This document shows positions 61,267 through 64,000 of a DNA stretch of 64,000 bases, one piece after another (the first letter of the stretch is position 1; each line of letters begins with the position of its first letter). A program made the translations under genes and the position numbers. A model generated the notes under the pieces. The model was given only the letters and a program-made list of their open reading frames with translations, did not search any database and was not told the origin of the DNA. Source of the DNA: Alphaproteobacteria bacterium (GTDB taxonomy: Bacteria; Pseudomonadota; Alphaproteobacteria; SHVV01). The stretch spans positions 224,001 to 288,000 of the forward strand of contig OZ253470.1 of NCBI GenBank assembly GCA_965261735.1. The letters run 5' to 3'.

Positions 61267-61388
61267 TGTCAAGTTAACCGGATTCACTCTGAAATCTCGG
61301 TAAACTGTCGACGGCTGCTTTACGCAATTTCAATGGCTTAGCCTCACAGAGAAATGCCGAAAACAGCCTACAATCGGTTAACTTGACA
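61267..61388. mobile_element. MITE-like element, copy 2 (inverted relative to copy 1)
   Basis: Perfect 14-bp TIR TGTCAAGTTAACCG / CGGTTAACTTGACA. Confidence 0.8.
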
Positions 61389-61544
61389 ATTCCCTCTCAT
61401 CACTCCAAAGCGCGCCCAGACTGATGGTCGAACTGATATGTTCCCAGGATAATCTACTCCGCATCCACTTGTTGTGTGCTCCTGATCTTGGTAACGCGTT
61501 GCGGCTCGACATTATGTAAGCCCGGTGTGACCGCCTCGGCGTGA

Positions 61545-61660
61545 TCAGTCGAAGGCTCTCGAACCAGCGCTGCACGTCGGCGCGGGCGATATCGGCGGAG
61601 CGCATGTCGCCGAATGAAGGGGAGGACGTAACGGCGCAGCAAGCGGCAGTTGCCCGGCGG
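61545..61660 (-). pseudogene. Tyrosine-integrase N-terminal (core-binding) fragment
   Basis: Frameshifted RLLRRYVLP / SFGDMRSADIARADVQRWFESLR. Confidence 0.45.
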
Positions 61661-61691
61661 CACTGTTCGCTGCGTCGGCAATGTCTCGCCG

Positions 61692-62408
61692 TCAATGCCT
61701 GTGAACGTCGAACGAGCACTGCACCACCCGGTTCGTTTTCGTCGCTTGCCTGGCACAATCAGCTACCTGGTTGCCGTAGTTATCCCAGATATAGCCGCGC
61801 CACCCTCCGGTCGGATCGTCGAGGGGGATGATCGTGAACTGTTGTTCGGCCAGTACGCCGAGCAGGAAGAAGGCCGGCACGGCCACGGCCAGCGCGAGCC
61901 CCGGCCACGTCCAGCGGTGCCGCCGTTCATGGCTGGCCGCGCGGCGTAAATCCGCCGTGTAGTCCACGATTGCCTCCTCAAGGCGGTCCGCCACCGCCTG
62001 GGCTTCCTGTTGCCGCGCACCGGCAGCCGATAGTCCCTTGAGGAGTGATCGGGTTTCATCGGCGTGCGCCGTCAGTTTCCGCGTGATCTCCAGGAGTTTG
62101 CGGGTACCGGCGTTCAACCGGGCTCCGTCATCCTTCTCCTCCTGTGCCCTCTGCGTAGAAAGACGCTGCACCAGACCGAACACATCCTTGAGCGTTGGAT
62201 TTTCAACGGCTGCATCGGTTTCCTGTCTACCTCCGGCCTCGGGCGCCGTTTCAACGCTCCGTTCCACCGGGACAGTTTTATCCGGCTCGCCGCGATCCTC
62301 TTCGATTGGCGGAATATCGAACCCCGGCTGGTCCGCAGGCGCCGCCGTCCCGGGCGCCTCGTCCACTCCCCTCGCGGTGTTTTCCAATAACTCGTGTTGT
62401 TCCGTCAT
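61692..62408 (-). CDS. Hypothetical single-TM protein coupled to the coupling-protein gene
   Basis: ATGA overlap with virD4, GGAG RBS; coiled region, one TM, and DPTGGWRGYIW..C..A..C tail. Confidence 0.65.
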   Translation of the reverse strand: MTEQHELLENTARGVDEAPGTAAPADQPGFDIPPIEEDRGEPDKTVPVERSVETAPEAGGRQETDAAVENPTLKDVFGLVQRLSTQRAQEEKDDGARLNAGTRKLLEITRKLTAHADETRSLLKGLSAAGARQQEAQAVADRLEEAIVDYTADLRRAASHERRHRWTWPGLALAVAVPAFFLLGVLAEQQFTIIPLDDPTGGWRGYIWDNYGNQVADCARQATKTNRVVQCSFDVHRH

Positions 62409-64000
62409 GATGTTTTTTCTCCAAACGCCAGTTTGAATCGTGGCCACGCCCTTGGTTCACCGGAATCCGCGGCGCTGTCCTTGCGGATGACGAACGGGTT
62501 GGGATCGGCGAGATCGCGCGAGTCCTCCCGCCGCCAGTAGCGGGCGTGATGGAGATGCAGCGCGTCGCGCGGCATGTCCTTGGGCGAGGCGATGACGTAT
62601 TGGCGGTCGGGGCCAAGGGTCATGAGCTCGTCGGGAGTAATCAGCCGTTCTCGCACCAGGGCGCGGGAATCCCCGGCCTGCCATTGCGTGTTGGCAGTGA
62701 CGATACGGTTCTCGGCGATGGTGCCGGAACGGTTCTCGGTCCGGGCCTCGAAGGTGGCGGTGCCGATGGCCTTGGAGAGTTCCTCCGCGCCCTCGGCGTC
62801 GGTGCGCGGGAAGCCCAGGATCTGGACCAGTTCGGCCAGATGCAAGAGGGTCTTGCGGTGCTCCTTGCCCCAGGTCGAATCGAGGGCCGAGATCGACTGG
62901 GCGAAGCACCAGAAGTGGACGCCCTTGCCGGCGGCCATGGTGTAGCCGTCCATGACCGGCTTGAGATAGCCAAGCCGTGGCATCTCGTCGATGACGATAA
63001 GAAGATCGCGCTCAAGCGGTTTGATACCGGCGACGGCGTTGGGGATGGCGACCCACAGGCGAAGCCAGCCCTTGACGTGCTCGATGGTCTCCTCCGGGGC
63101 GACCACGAAGAGGTCGGTCTTGCCGCCTGCCAGGATCAGGGGGTCGAAACTGGACTCTTGGGTGTGAGCGAGCAGTTCGGGGTAATTCAGGAAGGCGAGC
63201 TGGTTGGCGATGGTGGTGAAGTTGCTCCCGCCCTCTTCCTTGCCGACCTGAGCCTGCCGCTGGACCGCGATATGGGTGAGCCCGCCGGCAAAGGGCTTCT
63301 TGGACCTGACATGTTTCGCAAAGGCCTCCCTCTGCTTCGGCAGCATCGATAGCATTTGATAAAGGGTGGCGAGGGTGCGTTTCCGTTTCGGTTCGCGAAA
63401 ACGCACCCAGGCCATATAGCCCGCGACGATGGCGCGGGCGGATTCGTAGAAATGGCGGCTGCTTTCGTGCGAACCCGGGCGCGGCGGTGTGAGCAGGGCG
63501 TCCAAGAGGACATTGATGTCGCGCACGGCAGCACTTTCATCTTTGCGAATGAAGTCGAGAGGGTTGTAGAACGCGCTTCTGACATTCGGCAGGTGGGTTT
63601 TTTCCTCGAACTGCTCCTTGTGCTGGGCCACCACCCCGAAGGGATCGATCAACAATGCCCGGCGGCCCAGTTCGCGCCTGCGCCGGGCAGCGATGCACCA
63701 GAGCTCGCCGCGCGGGTCTATGGTGACCGTGGAGCCCTGAAACCCCCGGTAATCGGGCGACAGCAGGTTAAGGGCGATGAGGGCGCCCTTGCCGACGCGG
63801 GGCGGCGCCACGGTGATGGCGGAGCCTTCCAGGGACCAGCCGATCAACTTGGCGTTGCGGCCGGCGCCCCACTGGCCGAGCAGGATGCCCCGGCGTTTGG
63901 CGAGGCGGCGCAGAAACCTTCTGCCGAGCAACTTCGACCTGCCGTAGAGATCGGACTCGGCACGCTGCCGCCGGTTATCGCCCGAGAGATGTTTGATGCT
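62405..64000 (-). CDS. Type IV coupling protein (VirD4/TraG family), 5' end outside the window
   Basis: DLYGRSK, VAPPRVGKG, IDPRGE, YNPLD, IDEMPRLG, FAQS and LITPDEL motifs. Confidence 0.9.
   Translation of the reverse strand, partial: SIKHLSGDNRRQRAESDLYGRSKLLGRRFLRRLAKRRGILLGQWGAGRNAKLIGWSLEGSAITVAPPRVGKGALIALNLLSPDYRGFQGSTVTIDPRGELWCIAARRRRELGRRALLIDPFGVVAQHKEQFEEKTHLPNVRSAFYNPLDFIRKDESAAVRDINVLLDALLTPPRPGSHESSRHFYESARAIVAGYMAWVRFREPKRKRTLATLYQMLSMLPKQREAFAKHVRSKKPFAGGLTHIAVQRQAQVGKEEGGSNFTTIANQLAFLNYPELLAHTQESSFDPLILAGGKTDLFVVAPEETIEHVKGWLRLWVAIPNAVAGIKPLERDLLIVIDEMPRLGYLKPVMDGYTMAAGKGVHFWCFAQSISALDSTWGKEHRKTLLHLAELVQILGFPRTDAEGAEELSKAIGTATFEARTENRSGTIAENRIVTANTQWQAGDSRALVRERLITPDELMTLGPDRQYVIASPKDMPRDALHLHHARYWRREDSRDLADPNPFVIRKDSAADSGEPRAWPRFKLAFGEKTS

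Overview
GC-rich alphaproteobacterial chromosome segment, inferred from the guaB-rlmE-ppx / tRNA-Gln locus, a GTTC-N7-GTTC LexA box and a DUF1476 gene. Only about 2 kb at the start is core genome; the rest is accessory. (1) 2.0-4.8 kb: decayed luxI, a kinase fragment and an IS256 with an 8-bp TSD. (2) tRNA-Gln(CTG), then a serine-recombinase islet (DUF2924, DUF3489, ParB-methyltransferase, two DUF5681 genes) ending in a 3' tRNA-Met fragment. (3) 10.7-28.8 kb: IS debris (IS3, IS30, IS66 x3, IS110, IS21) around four intact defence-like genes: a large REase-like protein, a sacsin-type ATPase-nuclease, a CBS-HEPN protein and a RecD-like helicase-nuclease. (4) An F1Fo zeta (DUF1476) gene and an atypical umuDC pair. 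(5) 32.5-64 kb: a conjugative-element backbone with a co-oriented leading-region-like run (ParB, GHKL ATPase, DUF2958, MoxR/VWA triad, strawberry-notch helicase, secreted HNH nuclease, ssb, Toprim, DUF2493), an oriT candidate, a MOBF relaxase, MITE-bracketed cargo and a VirD4-like coupling protein. All family calls come from recognising motifs by eye; no database search was run. Some frameshifts may be sequencing errors.
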